Below, one piece after another: positions 31,659 to 40,668 of a DNA stretch of 57,490 nt (its first letter is position 1; each line of letters opens with the position of its first letter). The notes under the pieces were generated by a model that was not told the origin of the DNA, ran no database searches, and was given only the letters and a program-made list of their open reading frames with translations. Origin of the DNA: Candidatus Nanopelagicales bacterium (lineage in GTDB: Bacteria; Actinomycetota; Actinomycetes; S36-B12; CAIYMF01). The position numbers and the translations under genes were made by a program. Location of the stretch: NCBI GenBank assembly GCA_049688595.1, contig JBAVLA010000111.1:1-57490 (forward strand). The letters are read 5' to 3'.

Positions 31659-32594
31659 GTGATGAACCTCACGAAGACAGCGATCCGTGCCGACTCGGGC
31701 CCGGGCAACTGGGCCGAGGTCCTGCTGGTGCCGGCCGCCAACGCGGTGCATGACCTGCCGTCATCGCCCACTCCAAGGGACATCGAATTCGCGCGGATCC
31801 CCGTGGATGCCATCGTGCCCAACCCGCGTCAGCCCCGAAAGGTGTTCGATGAGGACGCCTTGGCCGAGTTGACAGTGTCGATCGCCCAGGTGGGTCTGCT
31901 GCAGCCGATCGTCGTGCGCCCAGCTTCTGCGGCGCCTGTGGACAAGTACGAGCTCGTTGCAGGTGAGCGACGACTTCGCTGCGTGCGCCAGCTCGGGTGG
32001 CCGGTGGTTCCGGCAGTTGTCCGGCTGACCGACGACGGCGATCTCCTGCGCGACGCACTCCTGGAGAACCTGCAGCGCGCTGCGCTGAACCCACTCGAGG
32101 AGGCGGCTGCGTACCAGCAGCTGCTCGCGGACTTCGGCTGCACGCAGGAGGAGCTCGCGGAGCGGATCGGCAGGTCCCGGCCGCACATCTCCAACACGAT
32201 CCGGCTTCTGAAGCTGCCCCCGGCCGTCCAGCGCCGGGTGGCCGCCGGCGTCCTGTCCCAAGGACATGCCCGAGCCCTGCTGTCCCTGGTTGACCCGGAG
32301 AGCATGGAGTCCCTTGCCACACGGATCGTCAGCGAGGGGTTGTCTGTCCGCACTGTCGAGGAGATCGTGTCAGTGGGTGACCGACCCCCGGCCCAGGCCA
32401 AGCCGCGCCGGCCGCCGAGCCGGAGGTCCGCGGCTGGGCTCGAGTCGGTCGCCGAGGACCTCGCGGAGCGTCTCGACACCAGGGTCGTGGTTACCATGGG
32501 TAGATCCAAGGGCCGGGTGACGATCGAGTTCGCCGGGATCGACGATCTGGAGCGCATCCTCGAGCTGATCGCCACGGGTGGGTCGCCGACCTAG
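31659..32594 (+). CDS. parB: ParB/Spo0J chromosome partitioning protein
   Basis: 'IVPNPRQPRKVFDEDALAELTVSIAQVGLLQPIVVR', 'ELVAGERRLRCVRQLG' (GERR CTP-binding box) and the HTH 'TQEELAERIGRSRPHISNTIRLLKLP'. The start is GTG 31659 or ATG 31662. Confidence 0.9.
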   Translation: MMNLTKTAIRADSGPGNWAEVLLVPAANAVHDLPSSPTPRDIEFARIPVDAIVPNPRQPRKVFDEDALAELTVSIAQVGLLQPIVVRPASAAPVDKYELVAGERRLRCVRQLGWPVVPAVVRLTDDGDLLRDALLENLQRAALNPLEEAAAYQQLLADFGCTQEELAERIGRSRPHISNTIRLLKLPPAVQRRVAAGVLSQGHARALLSLVDPESMESLATRIVSEGLSVRTVEEIVSVGDRPPAQAKPRRPPSRRSAAGLESVAEDLAERLDTRVVVTMGRSKGRVTIEFAGIDDLERILELIATGGSPT

Positions 32595-32680
32595 GACACA
32601 GGTGCCGACGCAGCCGGGACACAAATGGCCTGGCGCTCGCCTCCCAGGCCCTTCAGCAGAGTCCGCCTAGGATCGAAGCC

Positions 32681-33706
32681 ATGACGACGACTGATGCCAA
32701 CATGCCAGTTGCCCGTGGCCGGGAGACGACTGCGCGAGGCGTCAGCAGGCCTGCGGACGAGGGGCAGTCCAAGGCATCGGGATCGGCCGTCGGAGCCGCG
32801 GGGGACGGAGGGGTTGGGTTGGACAGAGGGGTTGGGTCGGACGGGGTTGGTGTGCCCGCCGGCGCCGGGGAGCAGGCCGTTGGCCGCCGACCCTCATTCA
32901 CCATCACCGATGCCGCCGTTGCCTGCGTGGTCAGTCGGAAGACGATCACGCGCAAGCTCCCGGAGTTGGCCACGCACGGGGCGGCGAAGGATGCAGACGG
33001 CATCTGGCGGATACCGGTTGAGGCGCTCCTGGCTGTCGGCCTGCACCCCGGTCGATCGATGCCCACGGAGCGCCGGGCAGCCGAGACCCTCGACCTGCGC
33101 CAGGGCGGCTCGAGCGAGCCCGCCCCGCCGCGCAGCACCGGCCCCGAGTTGATCACGATCCCGCGGGACCGATGGGACGACGTCCGCATCCGGCTCGCCC
33201 GGGCCGAGGCCGAGGCGGCTGAACGCGGCCTAGCCCTGGCCGACGCACGCCTGGCGCTGCGGGCGCTCTCCGCGGCTCCGAGCAGCGGCCAGCCGCCGGT
33301 CGCCCCTGAGCCGTCCTGGCCGGGAGCCTGGCATCCGTCAGCGTCAGCTGCGTCCTCGCCCTCTGCGGCAGGGGGAGTCCCGTCCACGCCCCCGGCGCCA
33401 GCAGGCTTCTCCGGGCAGGTCCCCGAGAACCGTGCGGTCGACCCGGGGTCCGAGGGACAGACAGCTCCTGCGGAGCAGCCCGGGGCGGCGCAGACCTGGG
33501 ACGCCAGCCCACACGAGGCTCAAGTCGTACCAACTGTGACAGTGGTCGAGACGGAGTCGAGCCTGACGGCGACGCAGCCGGCGGACCTGTTCACGGCGCG
33601 CAGCAGGGCAGCGCGATCAGGGCAGGTCGTGCCGGTGATCCTGATGCCCGGTGCCGCAGGCGCCGGCTCGGTGGCAAAGCCGCGCCGCTGGTGGCAGTCC
33701 CGCTGA
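32681..33706 (+). CDS. hypothetical protein with N-terminal excisionase/MerR-like HTH
   Basis: High-GC3 frame. 'FTITDAAVACVVSRKTITRKL...DGIWRIPVEALLAVGL' resembles HTH_17, followed by a coiled 'RIRLARAEAEAAERGLALADARLALRAL' and a low-complexity tail. The opposite-strand ORF is Arg/Ser-rich noise. Confidence 0.5.
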   Translation: MTTTDANMPVARGRETTARGVSRPADEGQSKASGSAVGAAGDGGVGLDRGVGSDGVGVPAGAGEQAVGRRPSFTITDAAVACVVSRKTITRKLPELATHGAAKDADGIWRIPVEALLAVGLHPGRSMPTERRAAETLDLRQGGSSEPAPPRSTGPELITIPRDRWDDVRIRLARAEAEAAERGLALADARLALRALSAAPSSGQPPVAPEPSWPGAWHPSASAASSPSAAGGVPSTPPAPAGFSGQVPENRAVDPGSEGQTAPAEQPGAAQTWDASPHEAQVVPTVTVVETESSLTATQPADLFTARSRAARSGQVVPVILMPGAAGAGSVAKPRRWWQSR

Positions 33707-33924
33707 GGACACCGGCGGTGGACCCGCGTGGACCGGTCATCAGGGTGACTGGTCGAGCGCACGTCGAACCGGCTTCAGTGCAGCGGGCAGACATGTCCAT
33801 GGGTCATGTCCCAGAGTCGGGTCCTTGGGTCAAGAGCAGGCCACGGCAAGTCCGCGGAGGTGGAAGTCGGTGGGGTACCCCTATGCATCGCCGTCCTCAT
33901 GGCCTGCTGTGCAACTGCGGCTTG

Positions 33925-34146
33925 TCAGTCCGGCAGCACCGACCACGCCGTGAGGGCCTCGACGAGTCCTTCCACCAGCGGAAGTGATTCCAGTTCGGTT
34001 CGCGTCACCCAGCGTGCGGCTTCAGCGTCGTCGCCGGCAATCGGGGCGGACGCGCGTTCGGTCGCCGTGCGCAGCAGGAAGTCGCGGATCAGGTAGATCC
34101 CGCCACCCGGAGCTGCTCGGCGCACGGACCCGACCGGCCGGACCAC
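33925..34146 (-). pseudogene. possible NUDIX hydrolase C-terminal remnant
   Basis: The last ~70 aa of the 33925..35091 ORF ('GGGIYLIRDFLLRT...AGDDAEAARWVTRTELESLPLVEGLVEAL') look like a NUDIX C-terminus. No Nudix box (GX5EX7REUXEEXGU) appears upstream in any frame. The rest of that ORF is antisense to a convincing plus-strand CDS. Confidence 0.3.
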
Positions 34147-34323
34147 CTCCCAGGTACATCCTGCTACTGGAATCGGGTGGCGCCCCCTCCCTGAGGCGGT
34201 TCGCGGCCTACTCAGGTCCGTGGCTGGAGTCGCCGCCGCCTGGTGCTGCGGCGACCTCTCGGCTCCTGACGTCGGGCTCTCCTTGGGCCGTCCTGCGGGC
34301 TGCTCGGGGAATAGTGTCCAGAT

Positions 34324-35538
34324 GTGCCGTCGCCTTCGGAAGCCTTCCCGCCAAGCAACGCCGCCTGGCCTTGGGCGCACTTCTTCGCGGAGGACCCGCG
34401 TGACTGGGTGCTGGGATCGGGCGAGCCGGCCGCGCACTGGGCCCTGCTGACCGGAGTCCTCGACCGCGGCCCAGATGACGCCTGGGTGGCTGCCGCGCAG
34501 GAGGCCGTGCTGGCCGATCCCGGAACGGAGGCTCTGATCCGACGCCTCCCCGATTGGGAGGCCGGGATGCCGTTCTCGGGTCACGACAGTCCGGCGTTCG
34601 CACCGAACCTGCTGGCCCTGTTGGCGGACATGGGCGTTCGGGCCGGGGATGACCCCCGGATCGACCGGCTGCTCGAGCAGATGCTGGCCCATCAGGACGG
34701 CGACGGGCGCTTCGCCTCGTTCGCCCCGCTCCGCGGCTCGTCCACGCCGGTCTGGGGTGCACTGCTGTGTGACAGCCACGCCACCACGGAGGTCCTCGTG
34801 CGCTACGGCCTCGGCGGCGACGCGCGAGTTCATGCCGCCCTGGTCCGTATGGCTGGCGACCTGACGACGACGGCGCAGGGACCCGCGTGGCCGTGCCGGC
34901 CCGACCCAGCCACCGGATTCCGCGGCCCCGGTCGCAGGGGCGACTGCTGCCCCCAGGTAACCCTCGAGGCCTTGCGCACCTTCGCCCGGCTCCCTTCGGC
35001 ACAGCGACCGGCGGGCCTTCATGACGTCGCCCGAACGTCGCTGCGCGCGTGGACCGACCGCGGAACCGAGAAGCCGTACATGTTCGGTCACGGCCGCACG
35101 TTCAAGACCGTCAAGTGGCCGGCGATGTGGTATCGGGTGGACGCCATCCTCGACGGCCTCGGCCGCTACCCGGGGCTGTGGGCCGAGCCAGGATCATCCG
35201 ACGGTGATCGGCGGGCGCTGGCCGAGCTGGCCGCGTGCCTGATCGCGTACAACATGACCACGGAAGGAAGGGTCGTGCCAAGGTCGACCTACCGGGAGTT
35301 CGAGTCCTTCTCGTTCGGGCAGAAGGCGCAGCCGTCGCCGTTCGCCACGGCCCGGCTCCTGGCGATCCTGCACCGGCTCGACGTACTGGCACCCGACGCG
35401 GCAGCAGTCGACGTCACAGGCCTGGGTAGCTCACGCGGCGGCACCGGGCGGGCAGCGCCCCCGATCGTGGGTCAGCCCCGCCGCCAGCCTCGTCAACCGA
35501 GTCGCACGCGCTGCGCGCCTCTTTCCCCGACACCGTGA
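34324..35538 (+). CDS. hypothetical protein, possibly alpha/alpha-toroid (prenyltransferase/terpene-cyclase-like repeat)
   Basis: 404 aa. Very high GC3 from the GTG at 34324, with an in-frame TAG four codons upstream. Features include 'LEQMLAHQDGDGRF' and Trp/Gly-rich repeats. The product assignment is tentative. Confidence 0.6.
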   Translation: MPSPSEAFPPSNAAWPWAHFFAEDPRDWVLGSGEPAAHWALLTGVLDRGPDDAWVAAAQEAVLADPGTEALIRRLPDWEAGMPFSGHDSPAFAPNLLALLADMGVRAGDDPRIDRLLEQMLAHQDGDGRFASFAPLRGSSTPVWGALLCDSHATTEVLVRYGLGGDARVHAALVRMAGDLTTTAQGPAWPCRPDPATGFRGPGRRGDCCPQVTLEALRTFARLPSAQRPAGLHDVARTSLRAWTDRGTEKPYMFGHGRTFKTVKWPAMWYRVDAILDGLGRYPGLWAEPGSSDGDRRALAELAACLIAYNMTTEGRVVPRSTYREFESFSFGQKAQPSPFATARLLAILHRLDVLAPDAAAVDVTGLGSSRGGTGRAAPPIVGQPRRQPRQPSRTRCAPLSPTP

Positions 35539-35549
35539 CGGAGGCCGCG

Positions 35550-36377
35550 ATGCTCGAGATCCCGGAAGCGGTCGTGACGGCCGGACAAATGGCCGCGACG
35601 CTGCGCGGGAGGACGGTTGCCAGCGTCGTCGCCGCCCACACGCCGCACAGGTTCGCCTTCTTCAACGGCGATCCCGACTCCTACGACGGCGTGCTGCGGG
35701 GGCAGGTCCTCGCGGACGCCCGGGCTGTCGGCGGCATGGTCGAGATCCTGCTCGGTGGCACCAGCCTGCTGGTCAACGACGGCGTCAACCTGCGCTGCCA
35801 CGAGCCCGGGGCTGTGACGCCCCGCAAGCACCAACTGCTCGTCGGTTTCAGTGACGGGTCAACCCTCAGCGCCACGGTACGGATGTATGGCTCCCTGCTG
35901 TGCTACCCGACCGGAACCTGCGACAACCCGTACTACGCGGTCGCGCTCGCCAAGCCCTCGCCGCTCACGGCAGCCTTCGACGCCGCGCACTTCGACGCGC
36001 TCCTGGCGCCTGCCGAGGTCCAGAAGCTCAGCATCAAGGCCGCCCTGGCCACGGAGCAGCGGATCCCCGGGCTCGGAAACGGCGTGCTCCAGGACATCCT
36101 CTGGACCGCGAGGCTCCACCCGCGACGCAAGGTGAGCACTCTGGACCGGGCCGAGGTGGTGAGGCTCCACGCCACGATCGTGGAACTGCTCGCCACGATG
36201 GCCGCGATGGGCGGGCGCGACACTGAGTCCGACCTGTTCGGCCAGCCCGGCGGCTACCAGACCGTGATGAGCCGGCTGCACGTCGGCGAGCCCTGTCCAG
36301 CCTGCGGCACTCCGCGCGTCAAGGAGGCATTCCTCGGCGGCAGCGTCCACTACTGCCCCGGCTGCCAGCAGCTATGA
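35550..36377 (+). CDS. Fpg/Nei family DNA glycosylase-like protein (non-canonical N-terminus MLEIPE)
   Basis: GGAGG lies 5 nt before the ATG at 35550. The H2TH motif 'QRIPGLGNGVLQDILWTARLHPRRK' and a C-terminal zinc finger 'CPACG...YCPGCQ' are present. Confidence 0.8.
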   Translation: MLEIPEAVVTAGQMAATLRGRTVASVVAAHTPHRFAFFNGDPDSYDGVLRGQVLADARAVGGMVEILLGGTSLLVNDGVNLRCHEPGAVTPRKHQLLVGFSDGSTLSATVRMYGSLLCYPTGTCDNPYYAVALAKPSPLTAAFDAAHFDALLAPAEVQKLSIKAALATEQRIPGLGNGVLQDILWTARLHPRRKVSTLDRAEVVRLHATIVELLATMAAMGGRDTESDLFGQPGGYQTVMSRLHVGEPCPACGTPRVKEAFLGGSVHYCPGCQQL

Positions 36378-36391
36378 CCGTTCCGGTCAGA

Positions 36392-36916
36392 TCAGGCACG
36401 CCACTTGATCGAGCAGCCCATGCTCGGCCGGTGTGGCTCGGGCACGGGCTGACCGGCCAGCACGCGGCGGATGGCGTCCTCGAGCAGCTCGCCGGTCACG
36501 GGCAGGCCGTTGCCGGGGGTCGACGCGTCCATCGCCCCGCGGTAGGCAAGCTGCCCGGCCGCGTCGTACAGGAAGAAATCCGGGGTGCACGCGGCGCCGA
36601 AGGCGCGGCCCACCTGCTCAGTCGTGTCGACCAGGTAGGGGAACTCCCATCCGGATCGGGCTGCCTGGTCGGCCAACCGGGCGGGAGCATCGTCGGGGTA
36701 GGCCAGGGCGTCGTTGCTGCACACGGCGACCACTGCGAGTTCGGGGTGCGCGCGTACCAGGGCACCGAAGCGCCGCTCCACGTGCTTGACGTACGGACAG
36801 TGGTTGCATACGAACGCGACGAGGAGCGGCGCACCGGCGAAGCTCGCGCTCGACACGGTCGCACCCGACAAGTCGGCCAGGGCGAAGCTAGGCAGCGGGG
36901 CACCGAGGGGGACCAT
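36392..36916 (-). CDS. thioredoxin-fold (TlpA/redoxin-like) protein
   Basis: 'PLPSFALADLSG...LLVAFVCNHCPYVKHV' has a CxxC-type motif, and 'TPDFFLYDAAGQLAYRG' follows. The start is taken at the ATG at 36916. Confidence 0.8.
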   Translation of the reverse strand: MVPLGAPLPSFALADLSGATVSSASFAGAPLLVAFVCNHCPYVKHVERRFGALVRAHPELAVVAVCSNDALAYPDDAPARLADQAARSGWEFPYLVDTTEQVGRAFGAACTPDFFLYDAAGQLAYRGAMDASTPGNGLPVTGELLEDAIRRVLAGQPVPEPHRPSMGCSIKWRA

Positions 36917-37098
36917 GGTCGACTCGACAAGCACGTGGCCAGCGTAGGGCCTGCCTGATGGGTCGACACGCTGGGCTCCGGGAGACGCGCGTTGGCGCCG
37001 TGGCCAGCGTGGCCAGCTGCGCGAGCGGGTCTGTCGAGGGGCACTGCTGTGGATGGCCCGGTTACCGCGCCCAGCCTCGCACACTCGGGGGCTGCCCG

Positions 37099-38331
37099 TC
37101 ACGAGCCAGCATGGGCCGCGCGCGACGCCTCATCCGTTCCCTGAGTTCCGCTCCGGCGCTCGCCGATCCAGATCCAGACGTGCCAGGCCAGCACCGCCAC
37201 GGCCCACAGCGCATAGGCCGCGGTGAGCAACTGCTCGACGCCGCTGAAGTGCAGGGCCGCGTCGCCGACCGGGGAAGGCCACCAGAGCGGGCGGACCAGG
37301 AACACGAGGAGCGTTGCGACCAGCAGCCACCGAGCACCGGGACGTCGCGCAGCTGCGTCGGCAGCAAGCACGCAGGCCATGGGCAGCCACCAGATCCAGT
37401 GGTGGCTCCACGAGATCGGTGATGCCAGCAGCCCTCCGATCCCGGCCAGGACCAGGCCGCGCCCGGCCTCCCCGCGCCGGGCGAACCAAGCCCCCAGGCC
37501 CAGGGCACACGTCAGGGCGGTGGCTCCGACCAGGTGCACCGCGGCAGGAGGGGCCGCGGTGCCCAACAGCCGGGCAGCCACGCCGAGCACCGACTGGTTG
37601 CCCTGATAGGGAATGCCACCGACGTGCCCGGCGTCGGCGAACATGCCTGACCAGAACAGTGCCGAGTCGTTCCAGAACGTTGCTGCGGCGAGCGCGCCGG
37701 TCGCGATGAACGCCAGCATGCCCCGCAGGGCCGTGCCGCTCCGACCGGCGAGCCACGCCCACACGAGGAACACGCCGGGAACGAGCTTCACCGCCGTGGC
37801 CAGCCCAGTGGCGATCCCGCTCATACGCCCGGGGGGGCGCGTGAGGTCCTCGAGCACCAGCCAGGTCAGGACCAGGTTGACCTGGCCGAACCACAGCGTC
37901 GAGGCCACCGGTTCGCTGAGCATGCCCACGGCCAGCACCAACCACGTCGCTGCCCCCGGCTCGAGCCGTGGCAGTGGGGCGACCCTGGTCACGCACAGGT
38001 GTGCGATCCGGGCCAATGCCAAGCAGGAGGTGATCCCGACAACCAGCCCAGCCACCGGCGTCGGCAGCCAGGCCAGCGGGATCATCGCTGCAGCGGCGAA
38101 CGGCGGGTAGGTGAACGGCAGTCCCGTGGTCGGCTCGACCGTCGAGTAGAGACCGGAACCGGACAGAAGCGCCCGCGCCCCCATGCGGTACACCCGCACG
38201 TCCAGCTGGTCGAACCAGTGCGCACCCACGTGCAGCAGGACCCACACCGCCGACGCAGCCAACCCCGCCAGCAACCAGGCGGGCGGACGCGCGAAACTCG
38301 CCTGCGGTCGATCGTTCCCAACCGGTTCCAC
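37099..38331 (-). CDS. GT87/DUF2029 polyprenol-phosphate-mannose-dependent mannosyltransferase-like membrane protein
   Basis: Multi-TM protein with 'DVRVYRMGARALLSGSGLYS...LPFTYPPFAAAAMIPLA', characteristic of the GT87 family. The start is uncertain: GTG 38331 after AAGGGGA, or as far up as 38505. Confidence 0.8.
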   Translation of the reverse strand: MEPVGNDRPQASFARPPAWLLAGLAASAVWVLLHVGAHWFDQLDVRVYRMGARALLSGSGLYSTVEPTTGLPFTYPPFAAAAMIPLAWLPTPVAGLVVGITSCLALARIAHLCVTRVAPLPRLEPGAATWLVLAVGMLSEPVASTLWFGQVNLVLTWLVLEDLTRPPGRMSGIATGLATAVKLVPGVFLVWAWLAGRSGTALRGMLAFIATGALAAATFWNDSALFWSGMFADAGHVGGIPYQGNQSVLGVAARLLGTAAPPAAVHLVGATALTCALGLGAWFARRGEAGRGLVLAGIGGLLASPISWSHHWIWWLPMACVLAADAAARRPGARWLLVATLLVFLVRPLWWPSPVGDAALHFSGVEQLLTAAYALWAVAVLAWHVWIWIGERRSGTQGTDEASRAAHAGS

Positions 38332-38608
38332 GTGAGTCCCCTTGCTGGCGTCCGTCGCCCCCTGCGTTGCGGGAAGCCCGGGCCCGGTTCCAGCGGAGCG
38401 GCCCGCTTGCGCTGCCCAGTCGTCCCCGTCAACCCGTAGGTGCCTCCGAGCCCAGACCCAATAATTGTGCCTGACCGGCACGGAAGGCAGCAGAACGCGA
38501 GGCACGGTGTTCCACCCCCAGGGTTGGCACCGCCCCGCTCGTCGCGGATCGCGTGCCGTGGTCGGCAGTCCTCGAGTCGCAGCCCGAGGCCCAGGCAGCC
38601 CCGGTTGG

Positions 38609-38788
38609 TAACCTCGCAGTTGAGTTGTGGGTTATGGCCTCGGCGGCGGCCGCGTGGGGGTGACCTCGCAGCTGAGTTGTGGCTTATCGGGTCACGCGTG
38701 GGCGCCATAGCCCACAACTGGGGCGCGAGGTTGGCGCTCATGGGGGCGAGGCGGGGCCATTCTCGACAACTTGGCTGCGAGGTTGTGG
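38609..38788. repeat. four copies of a ~27-bp motif arranged -> -> <- <- (symmetric about ~38697)
   Basis: ACCTCGCAGtTGAGTTGTGGgTTATgG starts at 38611 and ACCTCGCAGcTGAGTTGTGGcTTATcG at 38663. Their reverse complements end at 38731 and 38783. Units are 52 bp apart in each arm, and the spacers are not conserved. Confidence 0.85.
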
Positions 38789-38948
38789 TGACGGGTCACC
38801 CCACCCACGGCGTGCATCCAGCGCAGAGCCTCTCCACGAGCACGCCCCGCTTCGATTCCGACAACGGATTCCACCAGGGCCGCCGCCAACCACGTTGGAC
38901 CGGGGACGGCGACTCCTTGGGGGCTTGGCGGCGGCCCCGGCATGGACC

Positions 38949-39206
38949 ATGCTGGCTGCTATGACGTGTCGAGTCGTGATCGGGTTCGCGCACGGGGCCG
39001 ATCCAACGCTGGTCCGGCGGGCCGTCCTCGACAGCGGGCTGCCAGCTGGAACCGAGGCGCTCGACGTCGGTGAGGTGCTGCCCGACGTCCTGGTTGTCCG
39101 GATCCCGGCAGATCAGGCCCCTGTGGCGCTGCTCGCGCAGCTCAGGATGATCCCTGGCGTCGCCTACGCGGAGCAGGAGCGGATCTACGGGGCGTTCGAC
39201 CAGTAG
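38949..39206 (+). CDS. small stand-alone peptidase-inhibitor-I9 (subtilase propeptide)-like protein
   Basis: High-GC3 ORF 'M(LAAM)TCRVVIGFAHGADPTLVRRAVLDSG...VLVVRIPADQAPVALLAQLRMIPGVAYAEQERIYGAF'. Its ending parallels the pro-region of the nearby S8 ('RLNGLDEVAYAEPVLLREAF'). The start is 38949 or 38961, with no clear SD. The upstream part of the track ORF covers the repeat array. Confidence 0.55.
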   Translation: MLAAMTCRVVIGFAHGADPTLVRRAVLDSGLPAGTEALDVGEVLPDVLVVRIPADQAPVALLAQLRMIPGVAYAEQERIYGAFDQ

Positions 39207-39240
39207 GGCTCGGACGGCGATGAGGAGTCCACCACGACGC

Positions 39241-40668
39241 TCAGCCGTCTCGCGCCGGGATCGGTCTCGGGAGGGCCATGGATGGGAGCTCGTGGCGGGC
39301 GTCCAGGCGCAGCAGGCCAAGGGCGATCCCGGCACGTCCCAGGTACAGACCGGGGGGTTCCCCGGCCGAGGAGCCCAGAGCAGCTTCGGACGGGCCCGGC
39401 ACCGAGGCGATGGTGGTCCCCTGGGGGGCGGGCAGTCCGCACGGCCACGCCCCCGAATGCTCCCGCTGCGCCAGGATCACGTCGCCAACGCGGGTCGCTG
39501 CGCGCAGGTGGTCGTGGCCTCCGGGGAGGTCCGCCGCCGCGAGCAGCAGTTCCGTCACTCCCCCGAGGCCGTGGCAGAGGGAGGCGTCCGTCGTGATGCC
39601 TTCGCGCAGCGCGGCCCGGGCTGCCATGGCGCGCCTGCGACCGGATTCGATGGCAGCGGTGACCTCGGCCAGCAGCGCGAGTCTCAGTGGGGAGTCCGGG
39701 AACCACGACAGCCATGCAAGCCGGGCGCAGCCGATGCCGAGCGCCCCGTGGCACCAAGCGACCATGCCCGGACTGCCCCGGGTGGCCGCTGATCGGGTGT
39801 CCCGTTCGAGGTCGCGCCCGAGGGAAGGGCGCAGGTCCGGCCAGTTCGAGGTGTCGGGGTCGAACCAGGACCGCTCGTAGTCCCATGCGGCGCGAGCCAC
39901 GTCCGCCAGGTCGTCGCGACACTGCGAAGCTGCCATCAGGGCCAATCCGGTTCCCGACGCTCCGTGCGCCAGTCCGAGGAGACCACGGCCGTCTGGACCG
40001 TCCGACTCGGGCCAGGAAGCTCCGATCAGCCCAGGTCGGGCCTGCGCGGCGAGCCGCTGTGCGGCAGCTCCCACGGCGGTGCGCAACTGCTCATCGTCCG
40101 GGCACGTGGCGAGCAGGGCGAGGATCACCCCAGCGGTCCCACCCAAATAGTCAGGATCGACGGGCAGGTCCGCGATCACGCTGGCGGTCGACCGGGCCAG
40201 GTCAATCGCTCCAAGCAGCAGGTCCCGGTCAGATGCCAGGTGACCGACCCAGGCTGCCGCGTGAGCGATCCCGGAAGAACCCGAGGCGAGGTCGACCGAC
40301 CCGGATCGGGCCAAGGCAGCCCCGGCCGTCAAGGACTCCGCAGCAGCGCTCGTGGCGAGATCGAGCAGTCGATCGTCGTCTGCCACTCTCCCAGCCCCGG
40401 CCAGGGCCAGGGCGATGCCGCTGGACCCGGAGTAGAGCCCGGGCCCCACCGGGAGGTCAGCGATGCGCCAGTCGAGGTCGTTGCCGAGGACCTCAGGACC
40501 GATCCACCGGAGCCCGGTTCGGCTGGATACGTCGCGCGCCGGCGCGACGCCCATAGCTGGGGGCACGCCGGGGGATGGCCCAGTTGGAGGCGGCACCGCC
40601 GACCCGATCGCTTCATCTGCGATCTGCCGCGCCAGTTCGATGCCGGCCAATCGATGTCGGTCAGGCAT
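39241..40668 (-). CDS. LanC-like lanthionine cyclase family protein
   Basis: 475 aa with repeated 'G(L)xxGxxGIALAL' toroid motifs: 'GLYSGSSGIALALAGAG', 'LAHGASGTGLAL' and 'GLYLGRAGIALGLL'. The Zn-ligand motifs 'AWCHGALGIG' and 'SLCHGLGG' are present. Confidence 0.85.
   Translation of the reverse strand: MPDRHRLAGIELARQIADEAIGSAVPPPTGPSPGVPPAMGVAPARDVSSRTGLRWIGPEVLGNDLDWRIADLPVGPGLYSGSSGIALALAGAGRVADDDRLLDLATSAAAESLTAGAALARSGSVDLASGSSGIAHAAAWVGHLASDRDLLLGAIDLARSTASVIADLPVDPDYLGGTAGVILALLATCPDDEQLRTAVGAAAQRLAAQARPGLIGASWPESDGPDGRGLLGLAHGASGTGLALMAASQCRDDLADVARAAWDYERSWFDPDTSNWPDLRPSLGRDLERDTRSAATRGSPGMVAWCHGALGIGCARLAWLSWFPDSPLRLALLAEVTAAIESGRRRAMAARAALREGITTDASLCHGLGGVTELLLAAADLPGGHDHLRAATRVGDVILAQREHSGAWPCGLPAPQGTTIASVPGPSEAALGSSAGEPPGLYLGRAGIALGLLRLDARHELPSMALPRPIPARDG

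Noticed and set aside
34147-35091. Upstream two-thirds of the 388-aa minus-strand ORF 33925..35091
   Set aside because: It overlaps the plus-strand CDS 34324..35538, which has much better GC3 periodicity and a protein-like composition. Only the last ~70 codons, outside that CDS, look like a NUDIX fragment.
38609-38788. Possible CRISPR array
   Set aside because: There are only four units, two of them inverted relative to the others. Spacing is mirror-symmetric and no cas genes are present, which is not CRISPR architecture.
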